From an uncultured Armatimonadetes bacterium (GTDB lineage Bacteria; Armatimonadota; UBA5829; DTJY01): a stretch of 64,000 nt of DNA. Shown one piece after another: positions 40,299 to 50,147 of the stretch. A program made the translations under genes and the position numbers. How positions within the stretch are numbered: position 1 is the stretch's first letter; every line of letters begins with the position of its first letter. The stretch spans positions 3,904,001 through 3,968,000 of the forward strand of contig OY970325.1 in the NCBI GenBank assembly GCA_963717145.1. Direction: 5' to 3'. The notes beneath the pieces were generated by a model, which saw nothing but the letters and a program-made list of their open reading frames with translations, had not been told where the DNA came from and did not search any database.

Positions 40299-43253
40299 CT
40301 AGAAAGGCGGAGGGGGCGGTACGCCGCCGACCGGCTCGATATCGGTCGAGCGGATCACTCGGATGATCTTGTCGCCGCTCGTCTCGGAACCGGAGATGCC
40401 GGTGACCTCGAGGTATGTCGATCCGGGCGCCGTCCCGTACACCTTGACGCCCGTGCGCCCCGGATCCGTCGGAACGTTCGATCCGTCATCGAGATAGAAG
40501 AAGCCGGTCTCGGAGTACGTCACCCTGCCCCAGACCTTCACCCGCAGCCCGATGTTGTACGGACCTGATGCGCCGGTGACTGTGCAGTAGCCCGGGGTCG
40601 GCCCGATGCCGCCCAGATCCTCGATGACCAGTCCGAGCGGTCGGGGGATCGGGTTGCCCGTGCCCAACACTTGGGCCGTCGATGCATCGATCAGGGTCTC
40701 GCCGTTGATCTTTTTCAGCCGTCCGGTGAAAGTCACCATCGAACCCGCCGCGCAATCTTCGAGCGACTTCACGCCGATTCCGAACGTCCTGAGATACTGC
40801 ACGTAGAATCGGTCGCCGGGGAACCCGGCGGAGACCACCCGGTTCGGAATGGTAATGTACGCGCCCTCGTAGAGCCCTCTCAACTCACCAAGCCCGGTCA
40901 GGCTGAGCTGGTTGTCGATGTAGAGCCCCTTGGCGCGGGTGCTCTGGTAGGGCCGGTCATCGTAGCTAGCGTAGGCTGCGAGGATGCGCCCAGTTGGACC
41001 GGCGCACATCGTTCCGCCGATCTCCGAGGTCGAGCTGCTGAGCACGTTCACCCCGTTGATGCCGATGAGCTGGTTATTCGAGCTGATCCGCGTGAACTGC
41101 AGGTCGGACTGCATGGCGGCCCCGCATGCAGGGTCCGGGTTGGCGATCGTCCACGTGAGCACATAATCGAGGCCGTCCCAGAAGAAGTTCATGTTCTCCT
41201 GAACCGTAGCGTTTGCCGTCACCACAAGGGGGACGGGAGGCACACCGGGAGACGTACCGAACCATTTGTACACGGAGTCCCACCCGCCGTATGAATGAAT
41301 CTCCGATCCCCGTGAGATCAGCCGCAAGGTCTGGCCATTCCAGACCAGGTGGAACTCGGATGGGCTGGAGGCGTCGGTAAACTGCCGTGTAGTACCCAGT
41401 GCCCCAGCCTGGGTTATCGTAGTATAGGCTATGGCATTGGACGTGGTCGGATGCTTCCAGACCAGCACATAGTACTGCCCCGCCCAGCATGCGGCGATTT
41501 CGCCGCTATAGCCGCTGGATCCCATGTATACTCCAATATCCGAGACCAATGAGCAATCACGCCGGATAAGCGCCGCCCGGTATTTGCTGGTGCTGATCCT
41601 GTATGCGATCAGGCACTTCTCGCCGTCGGTCGTGATCGACCAGCCGGTCGGGGCGCCGTTCGTCGATACGACGATGCTGATCGGCGCCGGATCGAGCACC
41701 GTGCCTGACGGGGATATTCGCAGGGCTTTGAGAGTGGAGCCATCGACCCACACGAGGATGAAGTTCTCGCCGTTCCATATCGCGCGTGGACCGATGCCGG
41801 CGTCCGGGATGGGCATGATCTCGAATGGCGTGGATGCGATCGGCTGACCGGTGTTCGGATCGGCCAACGCGCCCTTCAGCGTCCGGCCGGCCTCGGTCCA
41901 TTCCTCCCAGCAGACGAGGAACCTCTGTCCGTTGTAAGCCGAGCACAATGGCTTGTGCTGGGACGCCGACTCCGCAAGACGGCGCTCCGTCCCGACGCTC
42001 GGCGTACCTTCGGCGACGTTGACGACGGCCTCGACGACCTGCGTGCCGAATCCGACCATGGTCGGGCCCCTGTCATCCGTCCAGCAGATCAGTACGGAGT
42101 CCTGGAGCGTCTCGTCGCTCATGAGCGCCACACTCGTCCTGGCTTGCCGTCCGTCTGCCGAGCAGACGGCGAACCCATTGCCATCGAGGGCCGTGCCTGC
42201 AGCGCCAAGCCTCCCGGCATAGATGTCGGCCCCGTCGGTTACCCTCCGGGTCCACGTCACTATGCAGTTGTGGCCGTTGTAGGCGATCTGAGGATCGAAC
42301 TGCCGCTCGGTTACTGAGCTGACGGTCCAGGGCTCTGTATCAAGGAGAGCGCCGTTCTGATCGAAGCGCATGCCCTTGATCTCGCGTCCGGCCGGTTCAC
42401 CGTCGGCCCACACGGCCTTGAAGTGATCGCCCGCCCAGCAGCAGTCGGGCGTGTCCTGGGAGGTGGTCCCGGCGTATACCGGCACGCCGGAGGTGTTGAC
42501 GACTCCCGTGTCTCCGACCAGTTCTGCTGCCCAGAGATCGTTCGATGTTCCGTTCGACACGGAGTTCCTGCACCAGACGATGAGGCTGCGGCCTGTGGGA
42601 GTCGATGCGACTGCGGGATTGGTCGCCGCAAAGCCGTCCCAGGTCGGGCTGCCGGGCGCAATGTTGATAGGCGCGCTGTCGAGGACCGTGCCGGTCGGGG
42701 TCAAGCGCACCGCGTATACGCCGAGCAAGCCTTGCGGGCCGTCGCCCGACCAGATGACGATCCAGTTTGCGCCGTCCCACGACACTCGGGGCGCGCACTC
42801 GCTGTGGTAGGATGAGATCACAATCGGCTGCTGGGACAGAATTGCCCCATCCGCCGAGAGTCGGATACCATAGATCAGGTTGCCCACAGCGCCGACGGCA
42901 TTCGCGTAGACGACAAAGTACTCCTGGCCGTTGAAGCAGATGTCGGGCCTGCCGAGGACGCACGCATGGTTCGTCAGCCGGATGTTCCCCGGATCGAGCA
43001 CCGTTCCAGTCGGGCCGATGTGAGCGGCGAACAGATCGGCTATGTTGCCGGCGTCTCTCATGTCGACCCAGACGGCCATGAATGAATCGGTCTCTCCCGC
43101 GACGACCGGATTGGTCTGGAGGCGGCCGGTGGACTGCTTCACGACCTCGGAGTCGAAGGAGGCCGGCTGCCCAACTGCGTATGCTCCGAAGCATGTGCCG
43201 CAGATCGACAGGATGAGGACAGCGACGATAGTGTATGTGCGTATGGTTTTCAT
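40299..43253 (-). CDS. Large secreted protein, about 14 beta-propeller-like repeats plus shared C-terminal domain
   Basis: AGGAG RBS and signal peptide; P.(V/I).W.G..(Y/F).V.W repeats; ends GGVPPPPPF. Confidence 0.85.
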   Translation of the reverse strand: MKTIRTYTIVAVLILSICGTCFGAYAVGQPASFDSEVVKQSTGRLQTNPVVAGETDSFMAVWVDMRDAGNIADLFAAHIGPTGTVLDPGNIRLTNHACVLGRPDICFNGQEYFVVYANAVGAVGNLIYGIRLSADGAILSQQPIVISSYHSECAPRVSWDGANWIVIWSGDGPQGLLGVYAVRLTPTGTVLDSAPINIAPGSPTWDGFAATNPAVASTPTGRSLIVWCRNSVSNGTSNDLWAAELVGDTGVVNTSGVPVYAGTTSQDTPDCCWAGDHFKAVWADGEPAGREIKGMRFDQNGALLDTEPWTVSSVTERQFDPQIAYNGHNCIVTWTRRVTDGADIYAGRLGAAGTALDGNGFAVCSADGRQARTSVALMSDETLQDSVLICWTDDRGPTMVGFGTQVVEAVVNVAEGTPSVGTERRLAESASQHKPLCSAYNGQRFLVCWEEWTEAGRTLKGALADPNTGQPIASTPFEIMPIPDAGIGPRAIWNGENFILVWVDGSTLKALRISPSGTVLDPAPISIVVSTNGAPTGWSITTDGEKCLIAYRISTSKYRAALIRRDCSLVSDIGVYMGSSGYSGEIAACWAGQYYVLVWKHPTTSNAIAYTTITQAGALGTTRQFTDASSPSEFHLVWNGQTLRLISRGSEIHSYGGWDSVYKWFGTSPGVPPVPLVVTANATVQENMNFFWDGLDYVLTWTIANPDPACGAAMQSDLQFTRISSNNQLIGINGVNVLSSSTSEIGGTMCAGPTGRILAAYASYDDRPYQSTRAKGLYIDNQLSLTGLGELRGLYEGAYITIPNRVVSAGFPGDRFYVQYLRTFGIGVKSLEDCAAGSMVTFTGRLKKINGETLIDASTAQVLGTGNPIPRPLGLVIEDLGGIGPTPGYCTVTGASGPYNIGLRVKVWGRVTYSETGFFYLDDGSNVPTDPGRTGVKVYGTAPGSTYLEVTGISGSETSGDKIIRVIRSTDIEPVGGVPPPPPF

Positions 43254-43267
43254 GTCCACTCTCCTCC

Positions 43268-43963
43268 TCAGTTGCTCACCGCAGGCTTGGGCGCTTCGAG
43301 CCGCAACCAGATCTGCCCCTGGTATGGTCCGTTGTCCCGCAGGTTGTACTGGTCGATTGTCATTGACGACACGTGCCCATCGATCCACAGCACATTGCCT
43401 GTGCTGTTGTGCCTGGTCGCAAAACGACGGCAGGTCGGATCGCCTGGGACGTATTCCACTGGAAGTGCGGCAAAGATGGTTCCTCCCGCACTTCCAGGCC
43501 ACTGCGTCTCGGCGATGCGAATCGTGGATGCCGGGTACCTGACCGACTTGAGTTGAACCACGACCGGAGTGCTACCCTCAGACATCCATCCACCGCACTT
43601 CATGTTCATCCCGTAGCTGCGCCCGGCGCTAAAGCTCTCCTGCCCGGACAGACCGGGTAACGGGCACTTGAATGGGTTGCCCTGACTGCTACTCGAATGG
43701 CCAATATACCGGTTTAGCAAGTCAGGCCACATCGTCCCACCCCATGCGAACGGCGCGCCGTAGGGTACCAGGACGTCATCGAAGTCGGCCTGGTACATGT
43801 CGGACGCCACTCCGAGGGCCTTCAGGTTCTCGGCGCAGGCGACCTGGCTGCTCAATGCGCGAGCATGCCTCAGCCCCACAGCAAGTATCGGCGCGAGCAC
43901 GAGAATGACGGCCACGATCGCCGCCAGGTCCTTCACTCCAAACCGCTGGTGTTTCCTTTTCAC
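43268..43963 (-). CDS. H-X9-DG pilin-like protein (degenerate prepilin N-terminus)
   Basis: N-terminal TM, C..NLK.LG.A..MY..D, SYGMN and RHNSTGNVLWIDGHV motifs. Confidence 0.85.
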   Translation of the reverse strand: MKRKHQRFGVKDLAAIVAVILVLAPILAVGLRHARALSSQVACAENLKALGVASDMYQADFDDVLVPYGAPFAWGGTMWPDLLNRYIGHSSSSQGNPFKCPLPGLSGQESFSAGRSYGMNMKCGGWMSEGSTPVVVQLKSVRYPASTIRIAETQWPGSAGGTIFAALPVEYVPGDPTCRRFATRHNSTGNVLWIDGHVSSMTIDQYNLRDNGPYQGQIWLRLEAPKPAVSN

Positions 43964-44044
43964 TGGCACTACCTCCCGTCGGTTTTCCAATGAAGTCACT
44001 AACTCATATGACACGCGAAATCGGCCCAGGTTGCACGGTGGGGT

Positions 44045-44113
44045 CCGTAGTGGCCGCGCCTCTGTGCCGGCCTTCCGACGTTACATGGCCGGCACAGAGG
44101 CGCGGCCACTACA
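44045..44113. repeat. GTAG-type REP doublet, copy 2
   Basis: Same arms as 40167-40240. Confidence 0.85.
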
Positions 44114-44122
44114 GAGCTTCCC

Positions 44123-44520
44123 CTAGATTGGCGGTGGCGGTGGGTCATCTCCTATCGGCTGGATATCCGTCGAGCGGATCACGCGGATGATCTTGTCGCC
44201 GCTCGTCTCCGTACCGGAGATGCCGGTGACCTCGACATATATATCTTCGGCGGCGGTCCCGTATACCTTGACGCCCATGCGCCCCGGATCTGTCGGAACG
44301 TTCGATCCGTCGTCGAGATAGAAGAAGCCGCTCTCGGCGTGCGTCACCCTGCCCCAGACCTTCACCCGCAGGCCGACGTTGTACAGGCCGAGCGCGCCAT
44401 CGACGCTGCTGAACGCCGAGTTCCGACCGACGCCGCCGAGTTTTCGGATCGCCATGCCCACCGGATCGGGATCGGGTTCATGAACTCACGATATCAGCGT
44501 CTGGCAGTTGATCTCCCGTT
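44123..44520 (-). pseudogene. Orphan C-terminal fragment of a third large secreted paralog
   Basis: YNVGLRVKVWGRVT...DDGSNVPTDPG...PPPPPI* is nearly identical to the end of 40299-43253; 5' part degraded, no signal peptide. Confidence 0.8.
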
Positions 44521-44537
44521 CTGATTCGCGGTCACGA

Positions 44538-47500
44538 CTACTCGGGCGCGGAATCGATCGCCGACCATCCGGTCGCTCTGATGATCCTATGTACGCCTAC
44601 CGTGCCGTACATGTACCGGGAACTGATCCCGGTCACCTTGATGAAGCTGCCTTCGGCAGGGAGGTTCTGAGGGTCTGCAAAGACCATCACACCAGGAGTC
44701 CATTCGTTGTCCATCGTGCCCACGCCGTCGTCAAGGAAGAAATGATCGCCGCCAACGTTGGTAACCTTGCCGATTACCCTCACCCGGAGACCGGTATTAT
44801 AGAGACCTGACAAATTTTCGATGGTGTTGAAGTACGGACTGGCGGCGACGCCGCCGAGATTGCGACAGATCATGCCGATCGGGTCCGGCAAGGGATTCGA
44901 TGTGCTGATGATATTAACGTCGGATGATTCTATAGTGACCTCGCCGTCGAGCCTCCTCAGTCTGCCGCTGAAGGAGACTGCATTACCGGGAACCGGCGAA
45001 CCTTCGCTGCGGGGAGACTTTACCCCTATGCCGAACGAGCGGCCTTCCTGAATGTAGAAGTAGTCGTACAGACGGGGTCGGCCGTCGGAATCACGGTAGT
45101 ATCTTGGCCACAGTGCGGTCACCACCTCGCCGGGAACGTTGACGTGGGCGCCTTCGTAGAGCTGACCGATCTGCCCGACGCTGCTCACCGTCAGCCAGGC
45201 GTCGAGGAAGAGCCCCTTCGCCCGCGTGGACTGGTACGGCGGGCCGTCCGAGTTCGAATATGCGAGGAAGGCGCGGCTCGGAGGTCCGGCGCACATCGAG
45301 CCGCCGAGTTCCGACAAGGGAGTATCAGTAACGGAGATGGGCACGATGTCAACGAGTTGGTTGAAGTAGCTGACCCGGGCGGCCATCATGTCGTCCTGCC
45401 AACTCTGAGCGCTCGCAGCGTCCTCTTTGCCGGACAGCCATGTAAGGATGTAGTCCGCGCCGTTCCACGCCACGTTCACGCAGTCGGCGCCGGCGGATTG
45501 CGGGATGATCAGAGGCGTCGTATCCAGCAGATTGCCGGCCAGAGAAAACCTCCTGGTGACGATCTGCGGACCGTATGCCGCCAGGAGGACGTTCTGCCCG
45601 TTGCAGGCGAGCCTGAAGTAGTCGGGGTACGTTTCGTCGGTGATCCTCTTCAGGATGGAGAGCCCCCCGCCGTCCGCATTCACGGTCTTGTAGTCAATGC
45701 CGCCTTTCACCAGAACGCCTCCCGACGTGCTGTAAGCTTGCTTCCAAGCTATGAAGTAGCTTTGGCCGGTCCAGCAGACGGCCACACCCTCGTGGACCGC
45801 ATTGCTCTTCGATGCGCCGATGACGATGGAGGAAGATACCGTGCCGTCACGGGAGAGCAGCTTCCCGTTGACGTTGCTCCCCATCCTGAGCACGACTAGA
45901 CATCGATTGCCGTCCGAAGCGATCGCCGGTTGGACGTAGATGGGGCTCGTGACCCCATCATAGACGATGATGCCCTCCGAATCGAGCACCGTACCGGTGG
46001 GAGTCACTCTGGCGGCCATCACTTTCTTGTGAGCGATCACCCCGGACCCGGGGTATAGGTCAGCGCCGCCGAGCCACGTCACGACGAAGCTCTCGCCGTT
46101 CCAGGCCGCGCTCGGGAACGGGTTCTCGATCAGCAGCGGAGAGATCACAAACGGCTCGGACGTGACCGGCTCGCCGGTGTAGGCGTCGATCAGCTCCCCA
46201 TAGAGATTCCGCGCGCCGTCCCGCCACTCATCGAAGCAGACGAGGAACTGCCGGCCGTTGTAGGCCGAGCACGATATCTTGTGCTGAGGCGCGGACTGCG
46301 TAAGCGGGAACTCCTCTCCGGCCAGGATCCCGGTGGAGTAGATCCGCCTGCCCCGGACCTGGAAGCCGAGGTTCGGCACGGTCGGGCCGACATCGCTCCT
46401 CGAATCCATCCAGCAGACCAGGAAGTTCACGCCGAGCGATCCCACGCACGGCTTGATCTGCCGGTCGTCCGCGGTGCACACGGGGAAGCCCGACCCGTCG
46501 AGGAGCGTTCCGTCCGAATACACGCGCCCGGCGTAGATATCGAGCTGACCCGCCGCCGAGCCCTTCCGCGTCCAGGTCACCAGGGAGTTCGTGCCGTTCC
46601 ATGCGACCTGTGCATCGGATTGCTTCTCCGTGACCGAGCTGATGTTCAGGACCGCCGGATCGAGTAGACCACCGTCTGTCCCGATGCGCCTGCCCCGTAT
46701 GCTCCGAGACTGATCGCCGTCCTGCCACACGACCATGAACTGACCGCCGGCCCAGCACACGTCCGGCATGTCCTCGGCATTGGCAGTGGCGGAGATCGGA
46801 ATGGGAACCATCTGAGCGCCCGGCGCGTAGTCGAGAATCGCACCATAGACGTCCGAAGATGTGCCGGCCACATCGGGCTGCGACCAGACCACGAGCGTAT
46901 CGCCGTCGGGCGAGGATGCCACATCCGGATCACTGCCGGCAGCAACACCGGTGGGCTCCGTGCCAACCGGGACGCCGCCCGCGCTCACACGGCGAGCCAT
47001 TATCACGTCGATGAGCTTGCAGGGAACCCAGATGCAGTTCTCCACGGTGTCTTCATACACCACCACGTGATTCTCGCCGTCCCATGATACGCAAGGCTTG
47101 CGAGCAGTCCCTGTATCGCATATCACGGCGGGAGCCTCGTCCACAATCACGCCGTCGGGCGAGACCCTGAGGCCGAGTATCTCCGTGCCGACGACTCCCG
47201 TGTTGTTCGCATACACGACGAAGAAGTTCTGACCGTTCCAGCAGACATCCGGCTTGCCGGTGACGGATGCGTGGGTGGTGAGTCTGATGCCGAGGGGATC
47301 AAGGACCGTACCGTCCGCCGCGATGCGGGTGGCATAGAGGTCCGACCCGCGTCCGGCGTCCCTCATATCGACCCAGACCGCCAGGTAGATGCTCCCTGAA
47401 CTCGTGATCACGGGGTTGGACTGGAACCAGCCCGTCGAGCCGGCCACGATCGCCCCGGTATCGAGTGGGACCGGCTGCCCGAGGGTGTAGTCAGCGTAAC

Positions 47501-47561
47501 ATGTGCCGCAGATGGATGAAAGAATAAGTGCAATGATAAGGCACAACCGCATGTTTCTCAT
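44538..47561 (-). CDS. Large secreted beta-propeller-repeat protein plus C-terminal domain (paralog of 40299-43253)
   Basis: AAGGAGG RBS; signal peptide; collinear repeats with the paralog. Confidence 0.85.
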   Translation of the reverse strand: MRNMRLCLIIALILSSICGTCYADYTLGQPVPLDTGAIVAGSTGWFQSNPVITSSGSIYLAVWVDMRDAGRGSDLYATRIAADGTVLDPLGIRLTTHASVTGKPDVCWNGQNFFVVYANNTGVVGTEILGLRVSPDGVIVDEAPAVICDTGTARKPCVSWDGENHVVVYEDTVENCIWVPCKLIDVIMARRVSAGGVPVGTEPTGVAAGSDPDVASSPDGDTLVVWSQPDVAGTSSDVYGAILDYAPGAQMVPIPISATANAEDMPDVCWAGGQFMVVWQDGDQSRSIRGRRIGTDGGLLDPAVLNISSVTEKQSDAQVAWNGTNSLVTWTRKGSAAGQLDIYAGRVYSDGTLLDGSGFPVCTADDRQIKPCVGSLGVNFLVCWMDSRSDVGPTVPNLGFQVRGRRIYSTGILAGEEFPLTQSAPQHKISCSAYNGRQFLVCFDEWRDGARNLYGELIDAYTGEPVTSEPFVISPLLIENPFPSAAWNGESFVVTWLGGADLYPGSGVIAHKKVMAARVTPTGTVLDSEGIIVYDGVTSPIYVQPAIASDGNRCLVVLRMGSNVNGKLLSRDGTVSSSIVIGASKSNAVHEGVAVCWTGQSYFIAWKQAYSTSGGVLVKGGIDYKTVNADGGGLSILKRITDETYPDYFRLACNGQNVLLAAYGPQIVTRRFSLAGNLLDTTPLIIPQSAGADCVNVAWNGADYILTWLSGKEDAASAQSWQDDMMAARVSYFNQLVDIVPISVTDTPLSELGGSMCAGPPSRAFLAYSNSDGPPYQSTRAKGLFLDAWLTVSSVGQIGQLYEGAHVNVPGEVVTALWPRYYRDSDGRPRLYDYFYIQEGRSFGIGVKSPRSEGSPVPGNAVSFSGRLRRLDGEVTIESSDVNIISTSNPLPDPIGMICRNLGGVAASPYFNTIENLSGLYNTGLRVRVIGKVTNVGGDHFFLDDGVGTMDNEWTPGVMVFADPQNLPAEGSFIKVTGISSRYMYGTVGVHRIIRATGWSAIDSAPE

Positions 47562-47578
47562 GTCGATCCTCCTTTCGC

Positions 47579-48293
47579 TTAGTTTGCTGGTACCGCCGGC
47601 TTCGGACCTGTGAGCCGGAGCCAGATGTTGCGATTCGCCTGAGCGTCCATCATGTTGTACTGCGCGAGGGTCATCGCGGATACGTGGCCGTCGATCCACA
47701 GCACATTGCCCTTTCCGCTGTGCCGCTCTGGCAACTGCTTGGAGTATGGGCTGCCGTCGTACTCGATAGGCAGTGCGGCGAACAAACTGCCGCCGCTGTT
47801 TCCCCGCCAGGTCACTTCGGCGATCCTGATCGTGGCATGTGGATATCTGATCTCGGATACGGGAACAACATCAGCCGTGCCTTGATCTATCTGAGACTGA
47901 CTCATCGCGCCACCGCAGTAGATGTTCATGCCATAGGTCCGCTCATCCATATACCCTATATCAGGTCGGCTTGGGCACTGGTATTCAGGGGATAGATTGG
48001 CCCCGCTCATCCTTCCACCGGGTATCTTGTGGATATATGCGTCCAACAACTCGGGCCACATGTGGCCCGTCCAGGCGAACGGCATGCCATAGGGGACGAG
48101 GACATCGTCCCAGATCCGCCTGGTACATGTCGCACGCGACGCCCAGGCGCTTGAGGTTCTCGGTGCACCTCTGCTGCTCGGATGCCACCCTGGCACGGTG
48201 AACTGTGCAGGCGAGGACGGGAAGAAGAATGAGTATGGCTGCGATGATCGGCAGCAGGTCGTGCAAGTAACCGGTGTTCTTACTCTTATGCAT
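47579..48293 (-). CDS. H-X9-DG pilin-like protein (one frameshift near 48113)
   Basis: MHKSKN...CTENLKRLGVACDMYQAD joins WDDVLVPYG...RHSGKGNVLWIDGHV on removing one base. Confidence 0.8.
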
Positions 48294-48314
48294 TCGAACC
48301 ACCTCCTCATTACA

Positions 48315-48342
48315 AAGACGAGTTTCGACGACAGAAGGTTTC
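48315..48342 (-). promoter_or_regulatory. ECF-sigma-like promoter
   Basis: GAAACC-N16-CGTCTT, the same motif as 19486-19513. Confidence 0.5.
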
Positions 48343-48509
48343 GGGGGTAGGCGCAATATAACTATACCCAGTTCGGATGCCTGCGCCATCTACCAGCTTA
48401 CTCCTCGATTGCCTGGAAGTCAATGTTTTCAACGCATAAACAGGTATTATTACCAGGTCGAGGCCGCAAGAGAGCGTATGGCACGAATCATGCACTACTG
48501 CTCTCCGGG

Positions 48510-49133
48510 ATGAAACGATCCATGCGAGGAATTGTGGGATGCATACTGGCGCTTATCGTCGCGGCGCCTGCATTGGGTGACTGGCTGTACGACGGCTACC
48601 CGATCTACAACGTCGGCATCGCGATCGGCAAGGGGAGGCCGACCGAGATGGTGGCCCAGCCATTCAGCCTGCCTCGTGCGGGGGAGATCGACCAGATCGG
48701 GGTCGCGATCGCCCGCGCTCAGGATCCGAACAACGTCGGCTTCCGGGTCACGCTGGCTCAGGACTACCGCGACCTGGCCAAGACGACCCTCGCATCGTGG
48801 AATGTCCTCCCGATCTACGGCCCGACCCTCATGTTCGCCTACTTCACCGTCAAGCCGATCCCGATCGATGCCGGAACATACTACCTCGTGCTCGCGCCGG
48901 GCGATTCGGAGTTCTCCGGCGCGGTGGCCTACGCGAGTCGAGGAAACCTCGCCCTCAAGACGAACGACGACGGCGCGACCTGGCAGGACATCCCTCAGCT
49001 CGGCGTGCGCGTCGGCGGAACGATGGTCCCCGAGCCGTCGGGCCTCCTGGCGCTCGCCGGCGGGGTTCTGGGTGTTGGGTGTTCGGTGTTGGGGATCCGG
49101 AGTCGGACCCGTCGGTCAACGCCCAAACCGTAG
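48510..49133 (+). CDS. PEP-CTERM secreted protein
   Basis: Signal peptide; VPEPSG, TM helix and RSRTRR. Confidence 0.82.
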   Translation: MKRSMRGIVGCILALIVAAPALGDWLYDGYPIYNVGIAIGKGRPTEMVAQPFSLPRAGEIDQIGVAIARAQDPNNVGFRVTLAQDYRDLAKTTLASWNVLPIYGPTLMFAYFTVKPIPIDAGTYYLVLAPGDSEFSGAVAYASRGNLALKTNDDGATWQDIPQLGVRVGGTMVPEPSGLLALAGGVLGVGCSVLGIRSRTRRSTPKP

Positions 49134-49207
49134 CCGCTATCCGCTATCCCCATTGAAGGACTAGACCGTCTCCTTAGCGAACAGGCAGTCAAACGCATCA
49201 AGGAGGC

Positions 49208-50113
49208 ATGCTAGTGAAGAGAGCTACCCTGCTGTCAATCCTGGCGCTGTTGCTGCTTGCGGGCGCACGTACGCAGGCGGACCTCACCGAAGCCATCTCC
49301 GGGAAGCTGATACCACTCATAGTGAAGATGAGCGACCTCGATGGCGAATGGAGGCGGTTCACTGTAGGACCAGAGGCGTCTGGTCCCTCGGCCTACGTGG
49401 ATGCCTCGATCATCATGAGGGCACAAGAGACCGGCGTTCCCCCGACCAGCGTGTATTATACCAGGGGATGGACCCAGGGTTCTGGCGACGAGACATACCT
49501 TGTCGCCTACCAGACCAAGTCGATGCTCACGACCATCGCCATGATGATGCTAACGGGTGAGGAGGACACCAGGAAGTTGGTACTGACCCCGGAGAGCGAA
49601 CTGACAATGTCGCTTCTCAACCTGCGCACCATGGGCAGCATGAAGGACATCCGGGCGGTCAACCTCGGGGAGGAGATCGCCGAGAGCAAGGCCCTCTTCG
49701 GCGCGGAGGAGCCTGCGGCGAGGGAACCGGTTACTGATCAGTCTTTCCAGAACCTCAGAGTGATCGGGCAGTCGCTGTCTGTGTATATACAGGCCTGGGA
49801 TGACAAGCTCCCGCCGATGAAGAGCCCCGAACAGGTGAAGAAACTGCTCCAACCCTATGCAAGCCAGATTCGCCCCGGTGCGGAGAGCCATGAGCTATTC
49901 ACCGATCCCCGGACTGGCGAACTCTACCCGGTGAACACCGTCCTGTCGGAACATAAGCTGGCGCACATCCAATTTCCACAGGATATGGCCGTATATTACG
50001 AGGCGGTCCCGAGTGAAGATGGGACCAGGGCGGTGCTCTTTCTGGATGGGCATATCAAGCGCGCGTCACCCGAAGGGTGGGCGATCATCAAGCGGAAGTC
50101 GAAGATACCGTAG
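49208..50113 (+). CDS. Secreted hypothetical protein with C-terminal H-X9-DG-like domain
   Basis: Signal peptide; QNLR.IG.....Y......LPP and RAVLFLDGHI motifs. Confidence 0.65.
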   Translation: MLVKRATLLSILALLLLAGARTQADLTEAISGKLIPLIVKMSDLDGEWRRFTVGPEASGPSAYVDASIIMRAQETGVPPTSVYYTRGWTQGSGDETYLVAYQTKSMLTTIAMMMLTGEEDTRKLVLTPESELTMSLLNLRTMGSMKDIRAVNLGEEIAESKALFGAEEPAAREPVTDQSFQNLRVIGQSLSVYIQAWDDKLPPMKSPEQVKKLLQPYASQIRPGAESHELFTDPRTGELYPVNTVLSEHKLAHIQFPQDMAVYYEAVPSEDGTRAVLFLDGHIKRASPEGWAIIKRKSKIP

Positions 50114-50147
50114 GCGGATCGAGTACGATTACGATTGGGAGGAAAAC

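Noticed and set aside
44123-44520. Orphan fragment as a DGR template repeat
   Set aside because: Differences from the paralog do not appear adenine-restricted and no reverse transcriptase is present
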